Below are positions 30,901 to 39,237 of a stretch of 64,000 bases of DNA, piece after piece. The stretch comes from a virus. Position 1 is the stretch's first letter, and each line of letters starts with the position of its first letter. Position numbers and translations under genes: made by a program. The stretch is from the IMG/VR virus record IMGVR_UViG_3300044633_000521, one strand, 5' to 3'. The notes under the pieces are model-generated. The model saw nothing but the letters and a program-made list of their open reading frames with translations. It was not told where the DNA came from and ran no database searches.

Positions 30901-33210
30901 GTACAAAGGATCTTGCTGAAGCTCTGTTTTTTGTTGGCATTCTAACCACTGACTACCTGTATACCACCATTGGCTACCTTTATATCGTCCTAATTTAACC
31001 ACCAACGTATCGTATACGTTGCTGTCACCATCGTCTGCTACAGTCAATTTGATCTGCGGGTCACCTGTTGGCAGACCTGTAGTAGGACTAGCTTCAGTAT
31101 AAACTAAACTCACTACATAAATTTTATCACGCACCAATGGGTCAATGTCGTTAGCAAATAAAACTCGCAACCCATTAGGATATGCTGTTAGATCTTCACC
31201 AAATGCTGTTGTATAATATTTGCCTTCTAGTTCATTAAACGCATTATTAGTAGTGGTGTCAAGAATATCAATCGCCTGCTTGCCTATGCGACCGTAATTA
31301 AACAACTGGTAGTTAGACTCAAACTGTACAATAGGGCGTTGCGCACGCAGTACTTGATCAAAGAATGGAACAGTATTGTTATATTCTGCTGTTTTAGTAA
31401 TTACATCCGAGTGAAACCAACGGTTATTACGAGTCCATGCGTTTAAATCTTGGCTAGAACGAACAATAGTGATGTATTCTGGAAAAACTTCGTTAGGCAA
31501 TACATCGTTGACTACAGTGCCGCTAGCAATATTAGTTCCGCTAACAGTCATACCTTTAGTAATGTCCGCTACAGATGATAGTGTAATAATGGATGTTTTG
31601 CCGGCTGGTACTTCTGTATCAACTATAATAGTACTAGTGCCTATAGTAATAGTAGCACCAGCTAGAATTACATCTGTTGCGGCTTTGCTTACTACTATTT
31701 TTTGTAGTGGGTAGTTTGTTGCTATCTCATCATTGTATGATTCCGGAGTAACTAACAACTCCACATCAACTAGTTTAATACTATCGCCTACCCCCTCAAC
31801 ATAAAATTCTTTGTTTTGGTAACTTGTTGGGGTTACATCTGTAGCAAAACGAATCTTAAGTCCACTGGTGAAATCTATACCGTTAGGACTAGTATAGTTG
31901 GCTTTGCCCAAAATATCTGCGTCTACATCGATAGTATAACCAGCAGGGTCTACTAGGTTAAGTTCACCATAGATATCAGCATCAATACCATCCTGATAAT
32001 AAATTTTATTTTGTATACTTGAAATAACAGGCACACGCTCAAAGAGTCCTGTATATTCTTTATAAAATTCTTTATTAGCATTTTGAATTCCGTACTTAAT
32101 AAAGACTTTTTCATTATAGGCAACATCTTGTACATATATCAATTTGATAATTGGATCACTGCTGCCATTTGTATCAATGAATTTTACTTTCCACACACCA
32201 TAACGTTGAGCATCTGGTACCACTTCGCCGTTGTCAAAGCCGTCGATTTGTAGCCCATTCTCGTCAAATATGCCGCGGCTTAACCAAGCACCTTCTCCAA
32301 GACTAGTCCAATTTGAGACATCAACAAAGATTAATGTTTTTCCATCTAGGCTACCTGTTATTCCGCCGTACTCTGGATGATCTGCTAAGAACCTACTCAG
32401 CAATTGATTGTGTAATTCTGTGTAAGGCAACGGGGTAGCGTAGTCTACATTGTAGACTGTCTGCATAGCGTTAAATCTATCCTGAGCATCAGTTTGCGGT
32501 ACATAAAAAGTAACTGTGCCACTGTCGGCGCCATTGTTTTCTACACCGTATACACTACGAGTAGATACTGTGGGAGTAGCATTTAATTTACCATCTACCC
32601 CCAATTCTGTTTGTAGCCAGAACGGATAACCTGACTGAGTTACTTGGAATGTATACTTCCCGCCTCTAGCCAATATTAGCGTATTAACTGTGGCACCATC
32701 TGATGTAAAAACATATCGATTAGTGGCCGGATCTCTGCTAACTACAAAATCTTTAGCTAATTCTACAGAGCCAGTGTAAACATCTACAGCATCAGGCCCT
32801 TTAGGTAACCAATAGTATTGTGTAAAATTAACAAACTTATCGTAACTAAGTCTTGGATCAAAACTATAATATTCATTGTCAAATAATCGACTTTGATTGT
32901 CAACAATCCCACCATAGTATTCGATCTTGTTTAACAGATCTACATAGCTTGAGAAAAATGTAATCTCTTGCTGATCATCTCGAACAACTATACCTGGTTC
33001 GAGTTGATAGTGTTGGCGGTCGGCTGAGTCTTCAACAATGTAACTATCTTTGGCTTTGTACGTTGGCGCAAATTTACGGCCGATATAACCATAGATATTT
33101 TTAAGATTGGGTTCAGCAATTAGTTGGTCTAAGGTAGCAGACAAAAACTTATCGTTAACGTCTGATTGAAATATCCCTGGTAAAAATTTATTAGTTTTTC
33201 TTGCGGCCAT
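18988..33210 (-). CDS. Giant baseplate/virion structural protein, 4740 aa (gp7-position wedge protein with FG-GAP propeller and CBM5/12-like modules)
   Basis: Single uninterrupted ORF downstream of the gp6-like gene; YINEVKPYATKIRE motif; seven FG...GAP-type repeats; WAAGRDYLKGELVQY and WTANTSYLAGEIVSY modules. Confidence 0.75.
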   Translation of the reverse strand: MAARKTNKFLPGIFQSDVNDKFLSATLDQLIAEPNLKNIYGYIGRKFAPTYKAKDSYIVEDSADRQHYQLEPGIVVRDDQQEITFFSSYVDLLNKIEYYGGIVDNQSRLFDNEYYSFDPRLSYDKFVNFTQYYWLPKGPDAVDVYTGSVELAKDFVVSRDPATNRYVFTSDGATVNTLILARGGKYTFQVTQSGYPFWLQTELGVDGKLNATPTVSTRSVYGVENNGADSGTVTFYVPQTDAQDRFNAMQTVYNVDYATPLPYTELHNQLLSRFLADHPEYGGITGSLDGKTLIFVDVSNWTSLGEGAWLSRGIFDENGLQIDGFDNGEVVPDAQRYGVWKVKFIDTNGSSDPIIKLIYVQDVAYNEKVFIKYGIQNANKEFYKEYTGLFERVPVISSIQNKIYYQDGIDADIYGELNLVDPAGYTIDVDADILGKANYTSPNGIDFTSGLKIRFATDVTPTSYQNKEFYVEGVGDSIKLVDVELLVTPESYNDEIATNYPLQKIVVSKAATDVILAGATITIGTSTIIVDTEVPAGKTSIITLSSVADITKGMTVSGTNIASGTVVNDVLPNEVFPEYITIVRSSQDLNAWTRNNRWFHSDVITKTAEYNNTVPFFDQVLRAQRPIVQFESNYQLFNYGRIGKQAIDILDTTTNNAFNELEGKYYTTAFGEDLTAYPNGLRVLFANDIDPLVRDKIYVVSLVYTEASPTTGLPTGDPQIKLTVADDGDSNVYDTLVVKLGRYKGSQWWYTGSQWLECQQKTELQQDPLYDIVDSNEVSFADYTASTFAGTRVIGYKRSSTSTADTVLGFGLSYRNFGTQGDIEFQNYYDTDTFTYVNGGVTVTGNVNTGFLAKIVDRDNITFANVWSTVAEYSKQYQILTFEYDGSSPAFKLDVAPVAETTIPYLKVYVNNRILKSNSWVFDSSTLKVTVNSTLTINDKIDILVYSTEVSQLGHYQIPTNLDLNSQNIDLDTVTLGQMRNHLIELSQNSKELDGNILGTSNLRDIEIKAQGGNILQHSAPVPYASIFLLDEQANLMDSIRLAQQEYTKFKNKFLELSTTLQGIDPIDPISSVDLILTTINAIKNRTFPWYYSDMVPYGPLKTIINDPGYTIFDPLVKTYEITNVFNAYQLSNQAVLVYLNGTQLILGRDYTFNTDRPAITIADTVALEVDDVLGIYEYSNTDGNYIPETPTKLGLFPKFPPEIFEDDTYRTPINVLRGHDGSLTPAFNDYRDQFLLELESRIYNNIKLFDIGSYSDIYAVLPGKFRNNEYSITEANQILSKGFLNWVGNNKLDYSTNSTYENSDLFSWNYNNFVDRLDGEPLVGGWRGIYRYFYDTDAPHQRPWEMLGFTEKPTWWGDYYGPGPYTGGNQLLWDDLEAGRIVDGARAGIDLNFARPGLSQVIPVDEYGNLRNPAEAITKGFQANRTSGNWVVGDCGPVETSWRRSSDFPFAVQQALAVAKPARYFGLLIDTYTYSTNYSLGQYLTGSNHHIEQDKINFNGDISSGTVVRSAGYLNWIADYLTNLGINPSVKITPLLKNYNVNLAYKMAGFSDQKYLQVLAEQSSPSSTNDSIIVPNENYEVHLHKSTPVDKITYSAVIVEKTSNGYSVRGYNLSNPYFTIIPSVANNNYTTVNVLSSQIKVYNNYQSTKLSIPYGYEFRSQQQVADFLISYERNLLAQGFKFDQLNGTLSEIQNWRLSAKEFLFWAQQGWNTGSIIVLSPAIGIISGVTNGTIIDEINDKQHGSKILDQNFKLVKNTEYTVYRSATNFNVVITNGQIIGYIELDLVQYEHVLIFDNTTVFNDIIYKPELGNRQYRLKLIGQRTDAWDGSLSAPGFIYNSGKVDSWAAGRDYLKGELVQYKNQYFVALQNIIATETFDFTYWKTADYSQIKKGLLPNWASNAIKAQSYYDPYGYFNDSETIKYSHGLIGYKPRAYLDDLGLNETTQVEFYKGYIKQKGTANAVDALTQAQFNNLNSAIRYYEEWAIRVGEYGALDQNPYLEISMNESAFGVNPALAEFTTDPSTSNGVTIFSANDLYKSTEGYTGNIALERNSFSDYDNDIPTAGYVNIDDVDATIFDLANYKNLEDRLYLIGSGYTIWVAKDFQQDWNVYRITETDHHVIRVENSLDGYIILETDYPHEFVANDVFMLRNFDINIDGFYQVYKVMSLTRIMVLYTGDTTALTTLDGSGILFRLDSLRFQFMEDTRQYMPPHGWQVGEKVWIDVDAETTATQGQSYSATNLWKVYEKQRPWNLEQRIEKTNDLYITFSNVALANATSTLTIGGNVVSNITLITGNAVGIISNYDIYDANVISIVDGVYNTAIINGQAVTNSAYFADNTTVSTVATNTEYASNDGFGRSIKMSDDTNTIAVGSTLSAGGVGVVTVFDKTVNNAFVQTSTISPDATNTLQFGHHIDIALNAVDGDNEVMAVSAPYSGSGNVGMIYTYNKTVGTTEWTRGQVIAGVAGDQFGYGFAFDEYGHWLYVGAPGNDKTYVYGLKRFITEVSGTNVAPASTSTITVPFTPEVNGDANALVVTSNVRTYIPNIDYTVSGSLLTFLTGSIASGTTLTISQRPYYALVETISGPAGSEFGYCIDSSLNGAQLGIGAPGTTVNVATYSTTISGNVVEVQKSVEVGTATPTYVIDGVTYNLASYTENVAAGSVFAYDRVIEAFNSTEDTVYTTEETIATVYKVTVDDVEVYEGTDYTKTGANQITFNIPIGIGKIVNIHSNKFTLLEKLIGIDSLDGTLGAIQQGARFGSSLTICSNNCAFYIGAPYYNKDTSYNTGAVWKFHNRGTLYGTNTGYAKNPTFTPGDKIRLDNFEITVSGTSLDSLVQDINDANLLGITAVNENGYLRLNSDKTVAKNRLRILSASGTVYADADMAIFAFMQIITNPLGAANEYFGTKVILARNAYMLLIASERGTTKRYTTFDNEVTYFDSNTTGVYDKIKGSGSVYTYELYDDPRDDVEHPGRYQYNQQIDPGDLNPIDQFGAAIDIIGDYILVTAPKDDTTARDAGSIYLFSNPARTRGWKLIRWQQPKVDIESVTRLYIYNKKTNSILTNLEFIDPAKGKILGQAEQDITYKTAWDPALYNQGFNADLDINPDIYWGQNQVGQVWWNLGKVRLVDYEQDTLTYRSINWGNFFPGSTIEVLEWVESTVLPSRYVTAGYDGTPLYADDSAYVSTTFVDSLTITQKYYFWVKDKVTMDAPNSIRTLPISTIQNLIENPKSNGTAYAAIVASNAVIVYNVADYLSASDTILHIDYALKKNTNIIHSEYELVQKDNPTNEIPTKIIRKLVDSLSGQDGSGAVVPDPNLSVADRYGIAFRPRQAMFVDRVTALTSALTWVNSLFVDYPIARQFDLTLLTAQEDIPNIKLSAYDQSVDTEEALLYIDTQPLTVGYKVLVLNNTSLQSLWTLHTLADNKTWTLTQTQSYKTSLFWDYVDWYSTGYSSLTKATYVADTLVDAKKLPYAADDIIKVNNASDGQWQLIAVDSAGVFNVVGIQNGTLQFNIDTLTVTTDVPSIEIRNIITALKDSIFTGQLNGKFNEFFFTLVNYVFTEQKYIDWMFKTSFVSVVHQLRGLTQFPNYIKDNQTYYEDYINEVKPYATKIREYLINYNSSDEFLGSVSDFDLPSYYDTTMKMFRSPSGERSGQDHQLWQTQEYNQWYTNRNHQIESIIVEDPGSGYVSQPSISIISGHGVSVEATGKTGEYTITVDNTVGIRTGYTAIGTGLGVSAKVTNIVGLIVTLDVANINSVNGIVTFQEFAFTAATAEATFDADTGTVTSITVLTNGYGYDTTPQIIVNGSCDVPARAYAVLKNNQVRSISTTMKFDRVGYDTAVREWTANTSYLAGEIVSYGGVGYSVNASLPQGTAVFNSNDFTVYAPADFSNANDRIMAYYSPSNNMPAKDLKQLLYGVEYPGVQVTGLGFNQQPGFTGKVLVKLTFDTPISADSGNIITQPGPDNLLTLSSSLALAAGDVITQTYSPQSNATVTASATVFSSNIHPSGTSNQVYIVRNNLIDFDLNSSNIAVNSNPVEISTWGNIASAANTAPWSWSNVGVVPTSISSIEDANIKVTSGGDSVISVIGILNSTAKFDTTAGNININGAVVGVLITDVEFVNTTDSAYSSYADANPFDTGAFDQVDYDEDGNPIVSTAGIDTQITSSYLDANIGLRPEDINVDGGAYVDTYSSHAPEELIPGVLLETLDIQVYTKINGNVDILGYRIFNRSYPLFNSIINETSFLRIADAYSTVLATELAITDTEILVVDAAKLSTPDTLAGIPGVIFIDGERITYWTIDLVTNTLGQIRRGTQGTGMPIVHPAGTLVVDASDRQLIPNAAPSTSIGVGSDVALILSNVALATETTSLTIGGYIVANASIIANSNVVSITTATSSNVANILIGQTVVGGNITASTSVLAIENVYHVTDTPSYQLRLSGNVTPKVGDILTQATSGANITVSAADPVLEETIVLNKVITANVGDYITQATTGTNVIVTADANSVTSVSIEYLTGSFETITGNLAINGVELIDSTYSGNVWSNVGIVPHIATDRNVTIVSYIYNTANTFAYSNVVVQMDGDITAPVGSYITQIGSNANVIVQANVTSDPNVVVVLGSLYSFDLAGGNILINGVDANVKPIIETANPVDYLLSGIYVNGQQSNVYPLFASLSGEVSIAGNVNVSSNVELVIANVWSLVASNVTAGSFEIDSSSEQVLFLKGAPATYNVGIVTEDAVNIITTEDDNIIIEE

Positions 33211-33249
33211 TATAACTTGATCCTAAGCAGTATATAGTATTTAAGCGTT

Positions 33250-36200
33250 TTAAATCTGGTTCAATTGTGCGGCAGTAATGGCGCTGATAACCTGTACGTT
33301 ATCCACTGTTGCGGCACTTATAATAATTTCATTGTATTCAGCATTGATCTGCATTAAACTGCCAAACGGTGTTGCTGAATTAGCAGGCACTATTACTATA
33401 CTAGCAATGTTTGGTGTTAAAGTTTGATGTAAATATGCGCTCAATTCACTAAAGTAAAAAGTTTCACCGAAGTCCCAATTAGCTATGTCAAAATAAGCAT
33501 TAATTGCTGCGATTACGCTGGTCTTAATATCATTGTCACTGACAATTACACTAGGATTCTTAACTACTTTAAACATAGCCTGCAAAGACAATTCCGCTTT
33601 AGATCCAAAGATTGGTTTAAATTTAGCAGGATTATAAATTAATGTATCACTGATTGCTTTATATTTTTCTAAGCCGCCAAATTCAATAATTAAATCCTCA
33701 CCGGTTGGTTTTTCAGGTTCAGCAACTTTATTACTGCTGTCTTGAACCCACGCAACATAGTCCGTAGCATACTGTTTAGTTAACATATACAGGTCAATAA
33801 TATTGTTTGGACTCGGGTCAATACGACGATAGTTTGGGCTATTATGTCTATATTGAAAGTAAATGTCCTGACGTCCGGTTTTAGCAACATAATTAGTTAC
33901 TTCAGTAACTACATAGCTAGCGCCTGTTACTGTCAATTGATAAAATGTATTAGTGTCTGGCACATAGAACAATTGCCCATCAACGTATGTTGTTTTATTT
34001 GTGTTAATTTCAGTAAGATTTGTATATTCAGACACTACTAACGCATTACTTACTGGAGTTTCTGTGATATAATTCTCGTAATCGGCAGTTTGTTCAAAGT
34101 ATACATATTTTTTAGTTGTATTGACGCCAGGGGCCACTAACAATTCAAACAATTCTGGATTGTCCGGAGCGCCATCATTATCTGCATCCGGGAATGTGAT
34201 TAACATTTTATTAGGATTTTCGTAGCCGTCAACGTCGACGATATTTTTATAAACATACCAGGTATAATCGAGTGCCAATCCTGTGCTTACATCGTCCGGC
34301 AAATGATTAATTTTCAATACTTTAATTTGGTCGTTAATGGTTAATCCTGTTTTTGGGTCAAAGATCTTAACATCATTATCAAAGTAAAAATTAGTTTCTT
34401 TTACACTTTCGAATACATAGTTCAATCCGCGGTATACCACAGTATACGTTTGACCCACAGTTTGGAAATAAATTAACCAACTGCGGTCTGCGCCTTGTCC
34501 GCTAGTATCGCCAGTTTGATTAAGACTAAATTCACCGGTGTTAATATCACCGGGTAGAATTAATTTCCATTCACTAGCATCTACATCGTAGCGTAGGCCA
34601 AATTCTTCGTAGGCTTGGATATAACCGACCATGCTTTCAACAAGACTTGTTTTAAAATCATTGTTAAATACTGCGTATATTTCAGCAATAATAGCAGTAC
34701 TAGGAACAATTTGGTTAATAGTAATAGCGCCTGAGCCATTATCAAATATGCCTAGCCCACTATTGGTGCCATCTCCTACAACTTTTACCACAGCGGCATA
34801 GATATACTGCTTATCACCAGGATTGCTCACTATACCTGTTTGAATAGTGTTCTGCGCATCAAAATAATTGCCCGTGCCTGCCGAGAATTTAATAATACTA
34901 CCCGGATGAATGTAACTGTTGTTGTTGCTAACATAATCGCCGATTTGTAATATCGAGCCAAGACTATTAGTGAAGTAGCCGGTACTACCATTGGCTACAG
35001 AACTAGCTCTATTCCAATAAACATCAAATACAGAAATCTTTGGATAGAATGAATAAAAATATTGAAGTGTTTCTTTAGCACTAGCAATAGGTTTAACTTG
35101 ATTGTAGATAACGCGATAGATGTCATTCTTAGTTGAATAATCAAAACTAAACGAATTTTCATATGGGTCGCGGTATAAGATACCATCTTGGCAGAAAATA
35201 TTAGTCGATGAATACTTACCTGTGGTATCAATAACATCCAAGTAACGACTTACACCAGAGCTAGTACGATTAACAGCTTTGGCTTTTAGTACATTACTAA
35301 ACAATGTGTAAGGTAAGATATTATAGTCTTCACCTGTTACCATACGATCCTGTGTATAGTATTGCTGAGGTGCTTTTTGACGTATCTCATCAATAGTTTC
35401 GCGTGCGCTGGCATTGGCGACTGTGTAGCGCAATCTAGCAGTAAGTGTTATAGTTTCAATACGACCACCACGACTTACATAGTTAATAGGCACTACTACT
35501 TTATTCATCTCATTAGGTGTAATTTTATAGCTAAGGCCATTACTTACACGATAGTAGATTCTAAAATTACCCTGCGGAATATTAGCGAATGATCCGTCAC
35601 CAAATATTAGATCAATTTGATCGTTGGCACGAGTGCTAATTTGATAGACATTTTTGTCAGCTGATTTATTGTAAATTACGTTAGTAACACCCACTGCTGG
35701 TACTTTAGTCCATAATACATCCGGATTGCCGTTTGAGTCTAAGCTATACAACCAAACATCAGTATTGTTAATGTTATTAGTGTTAACACTGTACACACGA
35801 TTCGGGATACTTTCTTGTAGGTTAAAGTCGGCACTCTGCATTTCGCCTTGTTTGAAATACACAAAGAATCCGGTATTAGAACTGTTGTTGCCTAGGTTAT
35901 CGTTTTTGTATAGAACATTAAACGGATTGCTTGGTTTAGGAGCAGTTTCATATACATACGATTCACCTGCGCTAGTAGGGCTTACTGTTTCGAAGGTCAT
36001 TGCTGATCCTTCGATGGCGCTTTGGAATGTATAAGTGGCTACCACATTAGGAATTAAATTAATTTGATATTCATCGTTTTGAATACCATTGATTAACTGG
36101 CTATTACTAGGTTTGCCAACTACTTGATTGTTACTAAGGCTAGCATTAACTACCGCAGTAAATTGTTCTAGCCAGTTGTCGTTTCCGGCGTCGGCCCAAC

Positions 36201-36627
36201 TAATTAATATACCAGCCAGATCAACTCCGTTACTGTCATAGATAGTTTCTGTCGTACTTACGCTTTCAATTTTAAGGAAACCAGTAGCAGGCAAATTACG
36301 CTTTGGTGTATAGCTAATAAGTTTAGCCAGTTTAAAGATACTATCACGACGTTGCGCTGTATCAATGAAATTTTCGCGAGCATTTAAATCTGTACGAAAA
36401 CTTAGGCTTTGGCCCAAGAACGCAATAAGATCAATTAGAGCAATAAATTCTGAGCTTTCAGTAAAGTCGTTAAAGTCTTCTGGATAATATGTACGCAAAT
36501 AATCAATCATTGACTTACGAAGTGTTTCGTAGTCGTAGCTTTGAAAGTCCGCATTACGGAAGGTTTGATATATCTTAGTCCAATCTTCAGCAACTAATAA
36601 ACTGGTTTGTCTTGTGGTGATAGCCAT
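33250..36627 (-). CDS. gp6: Baseplate wedge subunit (T4 gp6-like)
   Basis: DYETLRKSMIDYL, ENFIDTAQRRDSIFKLAKLISYTP, LIFGDG, ETIDEIRQKAP..Y.TQDRMVTGEDY. Confidence 0.85.
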   Translation of the reverse strand: MAITTRQTSLLVAEDWTKIYQTFRNADFQSYDYETLRKSMIDYLRTYYPEDFNDFTESSEFIALIDLIAFLGQSLSFRTDLNARENFIDTAQRRDSIFKLAKLISYTPKRNLPATGFLKIESVSTTETIYDSNGVDLAGILISWADAGNDNWLEQFTAVVNASLSNNQVVGKPSNSQLINGIQNDEYQINLIPNVVATYTFQSAIEGSAMTFETVSPTSAGESYVYETAPKPSNPFNVLYKNDNLGNNSSNTGFFVYFKQGEMQSADFNLQESIPNRVYSVNTNNINNTDVWLYSLDSNGNPDVLWTKVPAVGVTNVIYNKSADKNVYQISTRANDQIDLIFGDGSFANIPQGNFRIYYRVSNGLSYKITPNEMNKVVVPINYVSRGGRIETITLTARLRYTVANASARETIDEIRQKAPQQYYTQDRMVTGEDYNILPYTLFSNVLKAKAVNRTSSGVSRYLDVIDTTGKYSSTNIFCQDGILYRDPYENSFSFDYSTKNDIYRVIYNQVKPIASAKETLQYFYSFYPKISVFDVYWNRASSVANGSTGYFTNSLGSILQIGDYVSNNNSYIHPGSIIKFSAGTGNYFDAQNTIQTGIVSNPGDKQYIYAAVVKVVGDGTNSGLGIFDNGSGAITINQIVPSTAIIAEIYAVFNNDFKTSLVESMVGYIQAYEEFGLRYDVDASEWKLILPGDINTGEFSLNQTGDTSGQGADRSWLIYFQTVGQTYTVVYRGLNYVFESVKETNFYFDNDVKIFDPKTGLTINDQIKVLKINHLPDDVSTGLALDYTWYVYKNIVDVDGYENPNKMLITFPDADNDGAPDNPELFELLVAPGVNTTKKYVYFEQTADYENYITETPVSNALVVSEYTNLTEINTNKTTYVDGQLFYVPDTNTFYQLTVTGASYVVTEVTNYVAKTGRQDIYFQYRHNSPNYRRIDPSPNNIIDLYMLTKQYATDYVAWVQDSSNKVAEPEKPTGEDLIIEFGGLEKYKAISDTLIYNPAKFKPIFGSKAELSLQAMFKVVKNPSVIVSDNDIKTSVIAAINAYFDIANWDFGETFYFSELSAYLHQTLTPNIASIVIVPANSATPFGSLMQINAEYNEIIISAATVDNVQVISAITAAQLNQI

Positions 36628-36675
36628 ACTAATTTCCCATTATAATGTATTTATTTTAGGAAAAAAGTACGTAGT

Positions 36676-37056
36676 TTATTGTAGGACTGAGGTTGTTTGA
36701 AGTGTCTTATCGAACTGTAATAGCATAGTGACTAGTTGATTCGTCTGTACTGATTTTAGTTCAATCTCAAGTTGAAGGCCTTGTTCGTACTGGGTAATGA
36801 TTACATTTTCTATAGCCACACGCGGGTCATACTTAATCACGCTGTTAACATCATTGATAATAACGCTTTTGAGCTCTTCAGTTAACGGATCGAATAGAGT
36901 ATTCCAGATAATAGTGCCAAACTCCGGATTCATCAACTTCTCACCTTTGCGGATGTTGAAGTGGTTTAGTAGATCTTGTTTAATCAACTCCATGTCTGTA
37001 ATGCGGAACTTGTTAGTTCTACCTACAGTACTAAATCCGCGATATATGTTTGCCAT
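36676..37056 (-). CDS. gp25: Baseplate wedge subunit (gp25-like)
   Basis: LIKQDLLNHFNIRKGEKLMNPEFGT...DPRV; position between gp5 and gp6. Confidence 0.9.
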   Translation of the reverse strand: MANIYRGFSTVGRTNKFRITDMELIKQDLLNHFNIRKGEKLMNPEFGTIIWNTLFDPLTEELKSVIINDVNSVIKYDPRVAIENVIITQYEQGLQLEIELKSVQTNQLVTMLLQFDKTLQTTSVLQ

Positions 37057-37075
37057 ATGAATATTTATCCTGCGT

Positions 37076-39235
37076 TTACTGTGTGTTTGCTGAGGCTACT
37101 TTTGGGCCCAACACACTCACCGCATACTTACCATTTTGGAAGTACGTATCACCAGTAGTTTGATTAGCATCTGCGCCGCCACCACCTCGACGCCATAACC
37201 AAGCACCAGAACCTTCCGGATATTTTTTGCTAGGAGGTCCACCGGCACCCAATAAATGACCCACAGCTAACACTCCGCCAACTTGATCCGGTGGCATGTC
37301 TTTAGTAATTGTGCCAGTTTTTAACATAGCACTATAATTGCTACTAGTGTAGTTTGCCATCTGCTGTTCTTGAGCTGCTTCATTGTCAAGGAATTCTTGT
37401 AGGCTAGCAGGTTTGCCCTCGCCGCCTATCCAGTTATTTGGATTATTTAATTGGGCATTAGACTTACACGAGCTCTTAACTAACTTGCCATCAATCAATG
37501 CTTCATAACCCATTTGGTATTTGCCTACGTAACCGTAGTCATTAACCACGTGATATTGATCTGGAAATTTCTTAGGGTCAAATCCACCGCTTTCACTCTT
37601 GCCCATCTGAGCATAATAGGCCGTTGTTTGATCAGCAGTTAGATTTCCAATAGCAGCTTTGGCTACTGGTTGCTTGCTTAGATCTTTAGTAGATCCTGGA
37701 TTAGTTACTGCCGTGCCTTGATTGTTTTTAGTTTTATCTTGTGTTCCTGTATAGGCACTAGGTTGTACTCCGGGTTTAGTTGCCGAAGCTGTTGGTATTG
37801 CTGAGCGATCATACGGCTCATGGGTGGGTGCTATTGTAACAATTGTTGATAATTTTTTTGGTTTAATTTCCCATAAGCGATTGCCGGTGTTTAATTCAGT
37901 TTCCGATAGCTGATTTACTGTAAGTTTTTTAATATCTTTTAAACTGGCACCAGGATCTGTGTTCTGTGTTATTGTGCTACCGCGCAAAGACATCTTACTA
38001 CTACTTTTTAGAGAAATAGTACCTGCTGCGTCTACGTTAAATGCGCCGCCCGATTTGATTGTAGAGTCAGTGCCTGACTGTACAGCAAATGCGTTTTTTG
38101 TAATGAAATTAGTAGTGGCGCTTTCTACTTGATAGTTACTACCTGCGCTAAAGTTAATATTATTTTTAGCATTTATATTAATGTCAGTGTCGCTGTGTAG
38201 ATTAAATGCGCCTTCTGTGCGAATATTGACTCCGTTTTTGGCATAGATATTCAGCAGGCCACCTTTATCAGCACCAAAGCCCAATTCTATCCAGACTAAA
38301 CCGTCAGCGTTACTAACATAAAACGTATTCTTAGTATCGTGCATCATAATCTGATGCCCACTTGCTGTACGCATCCGTATTAATTGATCTTTGCCGGTGT
38401 TGGCATCACCGTCGTCCATAACGAATGTGTGGCCGCCGACTCGTGTAGTAATTGCGTAGTCATCTTCGGTTAAGGTGCCGTCTGCTACTTTTTGAGCAAT
38501 TATTGATTTTTTAGGTTCTTCCGCAGGATCTTCGCCAAATTTTGGACGACCTGGTGTGCTAATACCGAATACCATACTAGGAGTTTCGCGTTGGCTACTA
38601 CTAGAAATTGTGCCGCGGGCACTGTCTCTATCTAACCCTTGTGTGACTAATATATTAAATTGGGGTTCGTGTATAGGTTTGGGATTTGTAACAAAACCAG
38701 AATTAGTTACTTTGGTTAGATCATTGGTGTTAAATTCAGTCACTGGATATTGTGTGCCTGTAGTTAACGATTTTTTAACTTCATCATTAGCAAGTTCAGT
38801 ATCAGTATCAGTTGTGCTGCCCATAGCCGGCAACATATAGCGACTGATGCTACTGTTAACACAGGCTACCCAGTAGCCTTTAATAGGGTCGCCACCGATG
38901 AACAACACAATAACTTCTACGCCAATGTCGGGCGGTACCATCCACATACCGTATGTATGCGGAACTTCGGTATATTGATTTTTAGTAGTAGCTGATTTTT
39001 TAATGTTAGTCTGGCCCATAAATGGACTAGCATAACTTACTGTTCGCCAGTTTTGTGGTTCATCAGGATCGCCGCCCAATTCTGGAATCCATACCTGTAG
39101 ACGGCCACAGTAGGTGGGGTCTAAATTATTTTTAACTATACCAATATAGGGAAATGGATCTACACGCACACCACTCGCATCTTCTCTGCGATATGATTTG
39201 CCTACTTTTGTCCCTATTCTACGATCGATTGCCAT
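37076..39235 (-). CDS. gp5: Baseplate hub/spike protein (gp5-like) with C-terminal lysozyme-fold domain
   Basis: OB-fold start (GIVKNNLDP..GRLQVWIP..W..YASP), beta-helix repeats (GHTFVMDD, GHQIMMHD), C-terminal ESGG...YVGKYQMG muramidase-like motif. Confidence 0.8.
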   Translation of the reverse strand: MAIDRRIGTKVGKSYRREDASGVRVDPFPYIGIVKNNLDPTYCGRLQVWIPELGGDPDEPQNWRTVSYASPFMGQTNIKKSATTKNQYTEVPHTYGMWMVPPDIGVEVIVLFIGGDPIKGYWVACVNSSISRYMLPAMGSTTDTDTELANDEVKKSLTTGTQYPVTEFNTNDLTKVTNSGFVTNPKPIHEPQFNILVTQGLDRDSARGTISSSSQRETPSMVFGISTPGRPKFGEDPAEEPKKSIIAQKVADGTLTEDDYAITTRVGGHTFVMDDGDANTGKDQLIRMRTASGHQIMMHDTKNTFYVSNADGLVWIELGFGADKGGLLNIYAKNGVNIRTEGAFNLHSDTDININAKNNINFSAGSNYQVESATTNFITKNAFAVQSGTDSTIKSGGAFNVDAAGTISLKSSSKMSLRGSTITQNTDPGASLKDIKKLTVNQLSETELNTGNRLWEIKPKKLSTIVTIAPTHEPYDRSAIPTASATKPGVQPSAYTGTQDKTKNNQGTAVTNPGSTKDLSKQPVAKAAIGNLTADQTTAYYAQMGKSESGGFDPKKFPDQYHVVNDYGYVGKYQMGYEALIDGKLVKSSCKSNAQLNNPNNWIGGEGKPASLQEFLDNEAAQEQQMANYTSSNYSAMLKTGTITKDMPPDQVGGVLAVGHLLGAGGPPSKKYPEGSGAWLWRRGGGGADANQTTGDTYFQNGKYAVSVLGPKVASANTQ

Positions 39236-39237
39236 AA

